Of a DNA stretch of 64,000 nucleotides, positions 9,948-19,255 are shown in pieces (within the stretch, counting starts at the first letter, position 1; every line of letters begins with the position of its first letter). The position numbers and the translations under genes are program-made. The notes beneath the pieces were generated by a model. It was not told the DNA's origin, ran no database searches, and saw only the letters and a list, made by a program, of their open reading frames with translations. The stretch is from a virus, in IMG/VR virus record IMGVR_UViG_3300044701_002822, positions 1-64,000 of that record. The stretch is one strand, 5' to 3'.

Positions 9948-10998
9948 CTAATATCTCACTTTTAATATTTTTTCCGTGGCCGCTGCTAAATTCAAATTTA
10001 TCTCCGCATGTTCTACCACAAGTGTAAATTCTTTTAAATTTACTGTCTTGATTGTTCCAACTTTTATCTAAGTATTGTTGAAAAAAATCATGTTCAAAAA
10101 CACGCCAGCCATGTTTACGCATGTCGTTAAAATCTTTACCATACAATTTAAATAGATGATCAAAACTTGCAGTTTGTTGAGTTGATTTATGAAAATACGT
10201 AGGAGCACCTAACCAACAACAAGGCCATAATTTCATACACATATCAACAAAAACAGTTTGATCTCGTTGATATTTACAAGTAATAGTAGTGTTTTCTACA
10301 TATGTGTCAAAACTATTATACGTTTTACGTATATCTATTTTATCTTGTGTATTTTGATTAGCTTTTTCTTCTACAACATTACCTTTTCGGGTTTCTTGCA
10401 ATTTTTGATCTTGATCCGCAAAACGTGCTGTATATTTTGCAGTAAATTTTGCAAAACCCATGTTCTTGGCTAGTTGTTCTGCTTGTTCTATTTGATGATA
10501 ATTGTGTTGAAATTCTATAAATGCCCACTCTGCATAACCACCGGCATCGATATATGCTCGAGCATTTTCCATAATCTTGTTAAACTGACTACCAACACGA
10601 TACAGATGATTTGTATCTTCTAGTCCATCTATGCTAAAAATGACGCTTAGTTTGTTGCCACCTTTTTTTGCTAATTCACTCCACCAATCGGGTGTACGCA
10701 TACTGCCATTAGTAGCAATACGTATTTTTTTAGCACGAGTTAAGCTGTAATCATATGTTTCGTCCCAAGTAGGACTTACTAAAGCATCACCATAATTTCC
10801 ACAATGAAACAATGTAATTTTATTATCGTCAAATGGTTCGAGTAAGATTTTGTAATCGTCTACAGTAAGATCGGCAATAGGCATACTAGGATTAACAATT
10901 TTGCCATCGACTACTCTAGCACATTGTGGACACATACAGTTACATCTACTTGTGTGATCAATCTGTATACGGTTAATGTCTGTAATATTCAAATACAT
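9937..10998 (-). CDS. Radical SAM protein (CxxxCPxC subfamily)
   Basis: CNCMCPQC, CGNYGD, TNGS, FSIDG, PCCW...CGRTCG. Confidence 0.92.
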   Translation of the reverse strand: MYLNITDINRIQIDHTSRCNCMCPQCARVVDGKIVNPSMPIADLTVDDYKILLEPFDDNKITLFHCGNYGDALVSPTWDETYDYSLTRAKKIRIATNGSMRTPDWWSELAKKGGNKLSVIFSIDGLEDTNHLYRVGSQFNKIMENARAYIDAGGYAEWAFIEFQHNYHQIEQAEQLAKNMGFAKFTAKYTARFADQDQKLQETRKGNVVEEKANQNTQDKIDIRKTYNSFDTYVENTTITCKYQRDQTVFVDMCMKLWPCCWLGAPTYFHKSTQQTASFDHLFKLYGKDFNDMRKHGWRVFEHDFFQQYLDKSWNNQDSKFKRIYTCGRTCGDKFEFSSGHGKNIKSEILDVK

Positions 10999-12407
10999 TA
11001 GACTAAACCTTTTAGTAAAGGAAATACTTCTCCAAACTTAGTTTCCCAGCCTCTTTGTTTATTAATTAGTTGTAGGTATTCTTTAGTTTCCGGTAATCTT
11101 GCACTCCAATCTTCTGCATTCATAAACTTTATAATACCTTTAAATCTTTTTAAACCATAAGATGCATTTAAAAATTCTTCTTTGCTGATTCCTGCTTCTT
11201 TTACACCTGTAAATTTTTGCCAATTGTCTTCCATCCAAGGATAGAACTCATTTTCATATTTTTCTGTAACCTGTTGTTTGATATCTTTAGGCAAAACTTT
11301 GACATTTAATTGCGGAGGCCAATAAGCAAAGTGCATGTTGATACCTCCAGCACCAAATGGCCAAGCATTTATTTTTTTAAACCTTTGATTAACTTTCCAT
11401 TGCACAAATTCAGGAATATAAGGAACGTTTAAAGCCATTAGGGTTGTAGCGGTTGTAACTTCTACTTGAGGTGCAGTGTTATCTAACTTATAAAAAACTT
11501 CTTCTTGATGTTCCCATACACTAGGGTAACGTATATAATTGTTCTGTTCACTATATGCATCAATACTATAATGAAATCTTACACGTTTAAATTCTGCCCA
11601 AAGATCAAACAAATCATCACGCCACTCTACTGCATTACTATTGTACCGCAGTTCAATTTTGTTAGCGTAACCACGTTTGATACATTCTTCTAAGAGGTCA
11701 TAGTGTTCGTCAATAATTAAGCTTTCACCTCCAGCAAAATATAATTGATATAAATTAGGAACTTGTTCAAACAGCTCTTGCCAAAACCTTGGGTTGTTTT
11801 TATGCCAATTGTAACTAGCCCCATGCACTCTGCCTTTGTTTTCCCATTGGCTGGTGGACTTTAGTTTTTCGTTTTGCATCTGTGGATAAATTGAATTCCA
11901 CTCTTTTACCCATCCACTACTGTCATGAGGACTGCACATTACACAAGCAAGTTGACATTTTGTGCCCATACGTAGATCTATATATCTTATCTTTGTAGGA
12001 ATACTTCCATCTTCTTGTGTTTCTGCAACTAACTGTTCAAGGTCGTATCTGGCACCCCAATATTCTGTTTCCCAGTTACGCTTACTTAAATGACCTGCTG
12101 CTTCTTCTTTATAGCACTTTAAGCAACTTGCTGGCTGCTCTCCACGTAACATCATATTACGAACATTACGCATGTAAGAACTGTTCCATGCATCTGCTAA
12201 TGTTGTATGGTTAAAGTTAGCAGGAATACCATCGTCATTTTTTACAACGCCAACTTCTCCCCCACCCACTTTTTTATTTGAATCCGGATCTTGTACACTA
12301 CTAGCATTACTAGTACAACAAGTACGCATTTTACCATCTGGACGACTGCTCAAATGCAGCCATGGTAATGCACAAAATGTAGGAGAAATTTTATCTGATA
12401 CTGACAT
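10998..12407 (-). CDS. Radical SAM protein with N-terminal twitch-like domain
   Basis: FCALPWLH...TCC...CLKC; CQLACVMCSPHDSS; YFAGGE. Close paralogue of 44384-45769. Confidence 0.93.
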   Translation of the reverse strand: MSVSDKISPTFCALPWLHLSSRPDGKMRTCCTSNASSVQDPDSNKKVGGGEVGVVKNDDGIPANFNHTTLADAWNSSYMRNVRNMMLRGEQPASCLKCYKEEAAGHLSKRNWETEYWGARYDLEQLVAETQEDGSIPTKIRYIDLRMGTKCQLACVMCSPHDSSGWVKEWNSIYPQMQNEKLKSTSQWENKGRVHGASYNWHKNNPRFWQELFEQVPNLYQLYFAGGESLIIDEHYDLLEECIKRGYANKIELRYNSNAVEWRDDLFDLWAEFKRVRFHYSIDAYSEQNNYIRYPSVWEHQEEVFYKLDNTAPQVEVTTATTLMALNVPYIPEFVQWKVNQRFKKINAWPFGAGGINMHFAYWPPQLNVKVLPKDIKQQVTEKYENEFYPWMEDNWQKFTGVKEAGISKEEFLNASYGLKRFKGIIKFMNAEDWSARLPETKEYLQLINKQRGWETKFGEVFPLLKGLV

Positions 12408-12412
12408 GCTAC

Positions 12413-12418
12413 TACTTA
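12413..12418 (-). promoter_or_regulatory. TAAGTA late-type promoter motif 5 nt before ATG 12407
   Basis: Reverse strand reads ATAAGTA-gtagc-ATG, the same spacing as at other gene starts. Confidence 0.55.
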
Positions 12419-13495
12419 TTTAAATTGTTCTGCAAAAGGATCAAATTCGACACCGCACTTCATAGCACACACTTTTAATCTTCCAGTTTCATAACTATTT
12501 TCTTGCCACGAGTCTTCTATTAGATCAAAAATTTCTGTTTCAAATACACGCTCTAATCCATGAAGTTTAGCATTTATTGCATCTTTTCCTCCAGCAAAGT
12601 CTATGAATTTCCATATCAGTTCTGTTTTTGGATCTTTATTCCACCATTTATACATACGACCAGCTGTCCAGCAGCAAGGTAATGCTAAACCTTCTGCTGT
12701 AATAAACAGACTTCCTTCGTCTTTTACTTTGCATCGAATAGGGGTTTGCTGATAGTATGCATCCATACTGCCATATTTAATTTCTAACAATGATTGTTTT
12801 TTTAATGCACTGTTAACGTATTTGTCATCGGGTTTTTTTAGTTCAGCAGTTTGATTTCCTTTGCGATCCATTGCTTGGTGAGATTGTTTAGCTTGAGAAT
12901 CGGATGTTACAAATCTTCCTGTTTTTTTAGCAACAAATTTTTCAAATCCCCAATCGTTAGCTATTTTTTCTGCTTCTTCTATTTGATGTTGATTATGTTC
13001 AAAAATTAAAAAATCCCATCGTGCTCTGCCCCCTGCACTAACGAACGCTTTCATACTGCGTTCTACAGCATCCCAATTAACGCCTTGTCTATATATGTGA
13101 TTGGTATCACGCAACCCATCTACACTAAAAATAACAGTTCCCATTCTGCCATATATTTTTGCAAGTTCTTGCCACCACGTTTCATCTCTTGCTCCTGCAT
13201 TTGTATTCATGCTTAACCACATGTTAGGGTTATGCTCTCTAAAATACTTAAAAATTTCCAAGGTGTCTCGTGCAACAATAGGATCGCCCAAATTGCCACA
13301 CATATACATTGTTTTTAGTTGTTTTATAAAATTGGGTTCGAATATTTTTTTACAATCTTCGAGTGTTAACTCATCTAAATTTATGTGAGGATTTAATGCA
13401 CCGCCGTTTTGATTGCGATCACACATAGGACAACTTGCTTGACAATTTTGTGTAACTTCTAAGTGAATTGTTTTTATATCTTTATATTCATACAT
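12416..13495 (-). CDS. Radical SAM protein (CxxxCPxC subfamily)
   Basis: EVTQNCQASCPMC, CGNLGDP, FSVDG, PCCW...CAMKCG. Confidence 0.93.
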   Translation of the reverse strand: MYEYKDIKTIHLEVTQNCQASCPMCDRNQNGGALNPHINLDELTLEDCKKIFEPNFIKQLKTMYMCGNLGDPIVARDTLEIFKYFREHNPNMWLSMNTNAGARDETWWQELAKIYGRMGTVIFSVDGLRDTNHIYRQGVNWDAVERSMKAFVSAGGRARWDFLIFEHNQHQIEEAEKIANDWGFEKFVAKKTGRFVTSDSQAKQSHQAMDRKGNQTAELKKPDDKYVNSALKKQSLLEIKYGSMDAYYQQTPIRCKVKDEGSLFITAEGLALPCCWTAGRMYKWWNKDPKTELIWKFIDFAGGKDAINAKLHGLERVFETEIFDLIEDSWQENSYETGRLKVCAMKCGVEFDPFAEQFK

Positions 13496-13712
13496 TGTAA
13501 ATTAACTTTACGTCCTTTCCAGGTCCTGTTTTGCTAGGTAAATCGCCATGTTGTTCAACATACCAAATTATAACTGCTCGATACCAATTTTGACTATTGT
13601 GATGAGCTGCTTTGTTAAACTGCCAAATATTATTATTAGTAGCTTCCATAGTAGTTAGTGCCCTTGCACTTTCCTTTTGCAATTCTCGTAAACTTAACTT
13701 ATCTAAATCCAA
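13488..13712 (-). CDS. Small hypothetical protein (74 aa)
   Basis: Fills the gap between two co-oriented genes and overlaps both. Confidence 0.75.
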   Translation of the reverse strand: MDLDKLSLRELQKESARALTTMEATNNNIWQFNKAAHHNSQNWYRAVIIWYVEQHGDLPSKTGPGKDVKLIYNV

Positions 13713-14607
13713 TTTTCATAAACCTTTTATATTTAGGCAACTCTAATTTGCCTTCGTAAAGAACAGTAGTCATTGGAGCACTTGCACTAAATTCTTCTAA
13801 TGTATTGTAAGTATTTACGTGTTCTTCGACTTCGTGGTAATCGTTTGCTTGTATTACAACTAATTTACCAGTTGGTATTTTGCTATACCATACTATAAAA
13901 TCATTTAAATGTTCACAACTGGTATTGATAACAGTATCTGGACTATCTACAATTTCACTTTCAGACCCATCCGATCTTAACGTTTTATAACAATAATAGT
14001 CGTAATCTATATCCATAATATTTTTTGTAGTTGCTTTAAATTTCCAGTTATCCACTAACCAAGGTTTATTAAAAATTTCCGCAATACTTGCACAACTAGA
14101 ATCAATGTCAAAGCTACGAATTTTATCTACTTTGATTTTGCTTTCGAACAACATTGTAGCTAAAGTACCATACCATCCAGCACACAAAAACACTGTGCCT
14201 AAATCTACGTCACACTTTTTTAGTTGTTCAACTAACCATAATTTACTTTGAAGTTGTCCTCTACTAAAACAATCGGGGTCAATTTTTATATTGTTAACAA
14301 AAAAGTTTTTAAATGCAGCAACAAACTGTGTATCAACATATCTTTCAAGAATAGGCCATAGTTTCCATACATTGTCTTCGATAACTAATTTACGTAAATC
14401 TTCGTCATCAACAAGTCTAAAGATACTGTGTAGATTTTTTTCTAACACTGCTTTTCGTAAATCGTCGATATCACCAGATACTGTATTAGGCAATAATCTA
14501 AAAATACTGGTTAAATCACGATCGATATAAGATCTACGTAAGTCAGATAGTTTTGTATTATATGGATACAGTAATTCAAATCTGTCTAACAATTCGTATA
14601 TTTGCAT
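13699..14607 (-). CDS. Class I SAM-dependent methyltransferase-like protein with N-terminal helical repeats
   Basis: GQLQSKLWL, FLCAGWYG, SFDID, INTSCEH. Paralogue of 45766-46377. TAATG coupling at 14607. Confidence 0.7.
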   Translation of the reverse strand: MQIYELLDRFELLYPYNTKLSDLRRSYIDRDLTSIFRLLPNTVSGDIDDLRKAVLEKNLHSIFRLVDDEDLRKLVIEDNVWKLWPILERYVDTQFVAAFKNFFVNNIKIDPDCFSRGQLQSKLWLVEQLKKCDVDLGTVFLCAGWYGTLATMLFESKIKVDKIRSFDIDSSCASIAEIFNKPWLVDNWKFKATTKNIMDIDYDYYCYKTLRSDGSESEIVDSPDTVINTSCEHLNDFIVWYSKIPTGKLVVIQANDYHEVEEHVNTYNTLEEFSASAPMTTVLYEGKLELPKYKRFMKIGFR

Positions 14608-15320
14608 TATATTTTTAAATTCCATTGTTTATTAGTATAACATGCATAACAAATACTGTCAACGTACAACTTATTATCTTCTAGTTTGTACTCTCTTGGA
14701 GGATTAGCTAGGGTAGGTTTTGCATAAAAATCGTTGTGGTCATTTAACTCTTTAAATACGGTGTTTTTTGCAACATCTCTATATACTCTTGGCGAATCAG
14801 ATAATTTAGTGTTGTCTATTGCAAATTTCATTCCTATAACACTTTTTTCAAAAATTTGGTTAGGTTCTACTAAATCTAACCATTTGTGCTTTTGTTTAAA
14901 CTTGTTTGTGTGATCTGTAATCACAAGAGGAATTTTTTCTTTATAAACGTCCGCAAGAAGTATACGAGTTGTTCCTGGATGAACTCCATACCTACCTTTT
15001 CCAAACCAACTCATACTCATTGGTGTCGTAATACCTGTTCCACAACGTATGTCATCAATAATTTTAGAAATTGCGTTTATCTTGCCTATGTGACCATCAT
15101 TTAGCCAAGGATCGCTACTGTAAACTACATGAGAAGAAAAAAATAGATTATCAATTAAATGTTTCAAGTAATTATAGATATTTCTATTTACAAAATTATC
15201 ATTGATTTCTTTTAACGTAAGATAAGTGATATAGGTTTTTGTTTGATAGAAACTGTCAAATTGATTAGCTAAATCGACAAATTGTTGGTAAGTTTCTATA
15301 GGTAAAACTTGTAAGTCCAT
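14607..15320 (-). CDS. Hypothetical protein, possible ParB/Srx-like core
   Basis: IIDDIRCGTGITTP...YGVHPGTTR loosely resembles the ParB GxxR motif. Translationally coupled on both sides. Confidence 0.5.
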   Translation of the reverse strand: MDLQVLPIETYQQFVDLANQFDSFYQTKTYITYLTLKEINDNFVNRNIYNYLKHLIDNLFFSSHVVYSSDPWLNDGHIGKINAISKIIDDIRCGTGITTPMSMSWFGKGRYGVHPGTTRILLADVYKEKIPLVITDHTNKFKQKHKWLDLVEPNQIFEKSVIGMKFAIDNTKLSDSPRVYRDVAKNTVFKELNDHNDFYAKPTLANPPREYKLEDNKLYVDSICYACYTNKQWNLKI

Positions 15321-16291
15321 TATTGCTTAACCTTTAATTCAGTTCCAAGCATTTGACCTACTTTTGCTGTAGGACTGTTACTCCATATTAATACTTCGGC
15401 ATCGTCGTAGAGAAAATCGCAGTCCTTGCAGTATGGTATTTCGTCAAATCTACCCTGTTCATGCAACTCTCTCAAACGGTTGTATTTTTCTCCCCAATAG
15501 ATATCTTCAAAACTTTGTGAGTCAAAGTGTCCTAGAACACTTGCACTTTCAGTAGGAGGACCTAGAACTTGGCAACAAGGTGTTACTGCTGCACGATGTC
15601 CATTTATGCCGCCTGCTCTTACAGTAAGTTCATCGGCTTCAGGTCTACCGCAGGTTCTACGTTTACCTAGTCTAGTATAATTTGGTTTATAGTTTCCACT
15701 CCAGTTGTGCATTTTCCATATATATGCTTCTGTACCTATCGGAAAAATAAAGTTTTGCTGATATTGATTTACTTCATACTGTACCCGATTAGGATCTAAA
15801 ATTAAATGGTAACTGTCTAATCTACATTTGCTTGATGTTCGAGCAATATAATCTCTGGTATCACAAGCATACTGATATATCATGTCCCAATTATCTACAT
15901 TCATCCATTGCTTGTACATTTCTCTATTATAGCCTATAACACTAAAACGAAACAGACTCAATCCAGCATCTATGCTGTCACGCATTAGATCTCCGGTAAA
16001 ATTACTGCCGTTACTATAGATATAACTACGTAATCCTCTGCGTGTACATGCTTCAATATATTTAGGTAGATCTTTATTCATTGTAGGTTCGCCAGAGCCT
16101 TCTAAGTTTATAAGAGGCGTGCCGTATTTAGGCGTAACTTGATCAAGAATATTTTCAAACTGTTCAAGAGGCATAATTCGCAGAAAATGTTTTTCTCTAC
16201 CGGGAGAAGTCTGTGGACACATTTTACATGTGTAATTGCATCCGCCAAATATTTCTATCACTACACGTTGTAAATTTATTTTGTTTTCCAT
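15320..16291 (-). CDS. Radical SAM protein with C-terminal SPASM/twitch domain
   Basis: CNYTCKMC, GSGEP; C-terminal TCG...PCC...LG...YCKDC. Confidence 0.92.
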   Translation of the reverse strand: MENKINLQRVVIEIFGGCNYTCKMCPQTSPGREKHFLRIMPLEQFENILDQVTPKYGTPLINLEGSGEPTMNKDLPKYIEACTRRGLRSYIYSNGSNFTGDLMRDSIDAGLSLFRFSVIGYNREMYKQWMNVDNWDMIYQYACDTRDYIARTSSKCRLDSYHLILDPNRVQYEVNQYQQNFIFPIGTEAYIWKMHNWSGNYKPNYTRLGKRRTCGRPEADELTVRAGGINGHRAAVTPCCQVLGPPTESASVLGHFDSQSFEDIYWGEKYNRLRELHEQGRFDEIPYCKDCDFLYDDAEVLIWSNSPTAKVGQMLGTELKVKQ

Positions 16292-19185
16292 GTCTTGTAT
16301 AAATGTTCTGCATATAATTTATGATATTTTTCATCAAACTGTTTCATGAGCCAATCAAAATCGTTGATCTTTTTAAGTAATTCGATGTTACCTTGATTTT
16401 GTAATCCGTAAGCACTACCCATTTTAGCACCTTGTATTGCGTACTTGCCACATTGTCTACCTGCACCAACAGTACACCAAATTCTTAAACGTTCAGCAGT
16501 TTCTTCATCTTTTTGTCTATCAATAACTTTACTTGCTAATTTAGTGCATTCACGGAATGCACTTTTCCAAGTATTAAAAGGGTCTGTGTTGAATGCAGTA
16601 ATATTTGATATATCATGCACAGCCTTGAACTTGCTGCTAATACTTGTAGTCATGTCGGGCTTGCTGATATCCATGTTAATTGTCAATTCTGTAGGAAACA
16701 GTTTTACGCCACCATATCCGTATACCATGTCGTTTATAGGGTTTTGGCTACGCCACACATGAACTGTTTCTCGATCCCAACGAGCTACTTGATAATCGAA
16801 TTTAAAATCATCAACAATTATAGCATCGCCATCTACGATCCAAAACAAATCAGTATCACACAATTTAGCTGCTTCAATATGTGCTTGATGAATACCTTTG
16901 ACTCCGTGTACACGCTTTGTATTAGGAAATCGTTCTAATATACGATTATAATTTTTGTCAGCATTAGGTTCTTGATAACTGATAAACACAATATCGTAAG
17001 GTTTAGGGGTACTAATAACAATATTAATTTCTTTTTTTGCAGCTACAAATTTGTAATCAAATTCTCGTTTGCTAAATTTAGCATATTTACTGCACAGTAA
17101 AATACCATCATGATATTTTCCATTTAGATAAGCATGAGTTATTGTTCTATCATACTGTTCATCATGACTAAAATACGTGTCAAATCCAAACCTACTAGTA
17201 GGATTAACATAATCAGGTACAATCCAGAACATTTCAGTTTTGCTTGCATTAAGTGCGTCAATATAATCCTCATATGTTTTAGGATAGAATATTTCATATC
17301 GACATGGGCCACTTGCAACTATGTTCCATTCCTTCCTGTTTAGAATAAATCTGTGCTCCACTTCCTTTTTTGTTAGCAGGCGATGCTTGGATAGCAAGAA
17401 CAAACCATTATAAAGGTCTTTGCCTTTTACCCTATGTATGAATGCATGATTTTGCTGTCTGTCATATATATTATCGTGAGTAAAGTAAATATCAAACTTG
17501 AAATTTTCTGCAATAGAAATGTTATTACTGTTTGCCCAGAACAATTCAGTAGTGGTATTGTCATATGCGTTTAAATAATCTTCATAACTATCCACTACAA
17601 ATGTGTCGTACTGTTTAGGGCCACTGCCTACTATTTTCCATTCTTTGCGATTTACGATATGTCTAAATTCAACTTCTTTTTGTGTCAAGGGTCGATGCTT
17701 GCTACATAGAAAGAGTCCGTTATACAGATCCTTGTCTTGTACCTTGTGAATGAATGCATGATTTTGCATTCTATCATATTTGTTGTCATGAGTAAAATAT
17801 ACATTGGGTATTGTAGCAGAGATATTCCTACTGCTCATCCAAAACATTTCTGTTTTGCTATCTTCTACTGCTTTTAAGTATTCGTCGTAACTGTCAATTT
17901 CGTATACTGAATAATCAACACCAGTTGATGCTTCGATATTCCATTCTTTGGCATTTACAAGAAAACGATGTTCTACTTCACGTTGTGTAAGCGGTCTATG
18001 CTTACTACATAAAAACAATCCGTTGCGTTTATCTCCACAGTGTAAAAAGTTGTGATTTGTTTTTCTGTCAAATGCATTGTCGTGTGTAAAGTAGATGTTG
18101 GGTATATTTGCAGTAATATTTTTGCTGCTCATCCAAAACATTTCAGTTTTACTGTTTTCTAAAGCATACAGGTATTCGTCATAGCTATCGATATCAAATA
18201 CAGGATATGTTAGAGGACCACTAGCAACCACGTCCCACTCTTTTGCATTTACAATAAATCTATGCTCAAACTCACGTTGTGTTAGAGGTCTGTGTTTGGT
18301 TAACAGAAACACACCGTTGCGATAATCTTTGCCATCTACTCTATGTATAAAGTTGTGATTGGATTTTCGATCATACTCATTGTCGTGGGTAAAATATAAA
18401 TCCATTTTAAAGTTAGGATCTAACTTTACATTTGATGTAAATGTCCAAAATAGTTCTGTGGTATCTTTACTTTCAATAGCTGCAAGATATTCATCGTAGG
18501 TATTGCACTCTACTATGTCATAAAACTTTTTGGTACTTCCTACAATATTGTGTTCAATGCGATTCACAGGAAATCTATATTCCACTTCACGTTCAGATAG
18601 CTCTCTCCGCTTTGTGCATAAAAATAACCCGTTATACAGGCGTTGATCATCGACTTGGTTAATAAAAGCGTGGGTTTGATTTCTTAGCTGACTGTCGTGA
18701 TGCGAAATATAGAAAGTGTTAACAAGATGTAGGTCATGCGTTATAACATTACTGCTCATCCAAAACAATTCTGTAGTAGAATTTTCAAGAGCAAACTTAT
18801 AATCTTGATAACCATTTATAGCAAATAAGTCGTAGGGTTTAGGAACACTAGCTACTATGTCTATTTCTTTTTTATTAATATAAAATCTATGTTCGATTTC
18901 TTTGTTGGATACATATGAATTTTTTGGTATCAGTGCAATACCGTCATAAGAATTATTGTTCTTAAAAACATGTACATAATTTTGACTCCACTGGTCTGGA
19001 ACATAAGTAAAGTCAAATTCACTGTTCACTATTACATCGTCCGGAACTAACCAGAAGAAATCTGTTAAAGAAATTTTACGTGCATGTTCGAATGAATCGG
19101 CTTTTTTAGCAAGAGGAAATTTACTCTTTAGATCATTCCACTGTTTAGAATTTTTTTGTAATGTTATAAAAATAATATCATACAT
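16276..19185 (-). CDS. Glycosyltransferase (GT-A-like) protein with 7 tandem degenerate N-terminal repeats
   Basis: C-terminal domain YDIVFISYQEPNAD...RVHGVKG...FWIVDGD (DxD) is homologous to 62325-63254. It is preceded by ~100-aa repeats Y..F...SY..Y..A...S.TE.FW...YFTHD...NH.F...NG.FL. Confidence 0.75.
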   Translation of the reverse strand: MYDIIFITLQKNSKQWNDLKSKFPLAKKADSFEHARKISLTDFFWLVPDDVIVNSEFDFTYVPDQWSQNYVHVFKNNNSYDGIALIPKNSYVSNKEIEHRFYINKKEIDIVASVPKPYDLFAINGYQDYKFALENSTTELFWMSSNVITHDLHLVNTFYISHHDSQLRNQTHAFINQVDDQRLYNGLFLCTKRRELSEREVEYRFPVNRIEHNIVGSTKKFYDIVECNTYDEYLAAIESKDTTELFWTFTSNVKLDPNFKMDLYFTHDNEYDRKSNHNFIHRVDGKDYRNGVFLLTKHRPLTQREFEHRFIVNAKEWDVVASGPLTYPVFDIDSYDEYLYALENSKTEMFWMSSKNITANIPNIYFTHDNAFDRKTNHNFLHCGDKRNGLFLCSKHRPLTQREVEHRFLVNAKEWNIEASTGVDYSVYEIDSYDEYLKAVEDSKTEMFWMSSRNISATIPNVYFTHDNKYDRMQNHAFIHKVQDKDLYNGLFLCSKHRPLTQKEVEFRHIVNRKEWKIVGSGPKQYDTFVVDSYEDYLNAYDNTTTELFWANSNNISIAENFKFDIYFTHDNIYDRQQNHAFIHRVKGKDLYNGLFLLSKHRLLTKKEVEHRFILNRKEWNIVASGPCRYEIFYPKTYEDYIDALNASKTEMFWIVPDYVNPTSRFGFDTYFSHDEQYDRTITHAYLNGKYHDGILLCSKYAKFSKREFDYKFVAAKKEINIVISTPKPYDIVFISYQEPNADKNYNRILERFPNTKRVHGVKGIHQAHIEAAKLCDTDLFWIVDGDAIIVDDFKFDYQVARWDRETVHVWRSQNPINDMVYGYGGVKLFPTELTINMDISKPDMTTSISSKFKAVHDISNITAFNTDPFNTWKSAFRECTKLASKVIDRQKDEETAERLRIWCTVGAGRQCGKYAIQGAKMGSAYGLQNQGNIELLKKINDFDWLMKQFDEKYHKLYAEHLYKTWKTK
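16995..19185 (-). repeat. Seven intragenic ~300-bp tandem repeats encoding degenerate GT-like units
   Basis: TEMFWMSS, YFTHDN.YDR and SKHRPLTQREVEHRF recur in the translation. Boundaries are approximate. Confidence 0.85.
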
Positions 19186-19191
19186 ACTGTT

Positions 19192-19220
19192 ATTATATAG
19201 CAGTTTTATTGTTGTGTCAA
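19192..19220 (-). promoter_or_regulatory. Perfect sigma70 promoter TTGACA-N17-TATAAT, 6 nt upstream of ATG 19185
   Basis: tgtcaa at 19215-19220 and attata at 19192-19197, spacer 17 nt. Confidence 0.85.
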
Positions 19221-19229
19221 CTTTTTTAC

Positions 19230-19250
19230 GATAAATAGTTTACAAGGAGA
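19230..19250 (+). promoter_or_regulatory. Late-type promoter GATAAATA plus Shine-Dalgarno AAGGAG
   Basis: ATAAATA at 19231-19237 and AAGGAG at 19244-19249, before ATG 19256. Confidence 0.65.
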
Positions 19251-19255
19251 TTATC

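Noticed and set aside
16995-19185. Possible CRISPR array or DGR template/variable repeat
   Set aside because: The repeats are ~300-bp, in-frame, degenerate protein repeats. There is no spacer structure and no cas or reverse transcriptase gene in the window.
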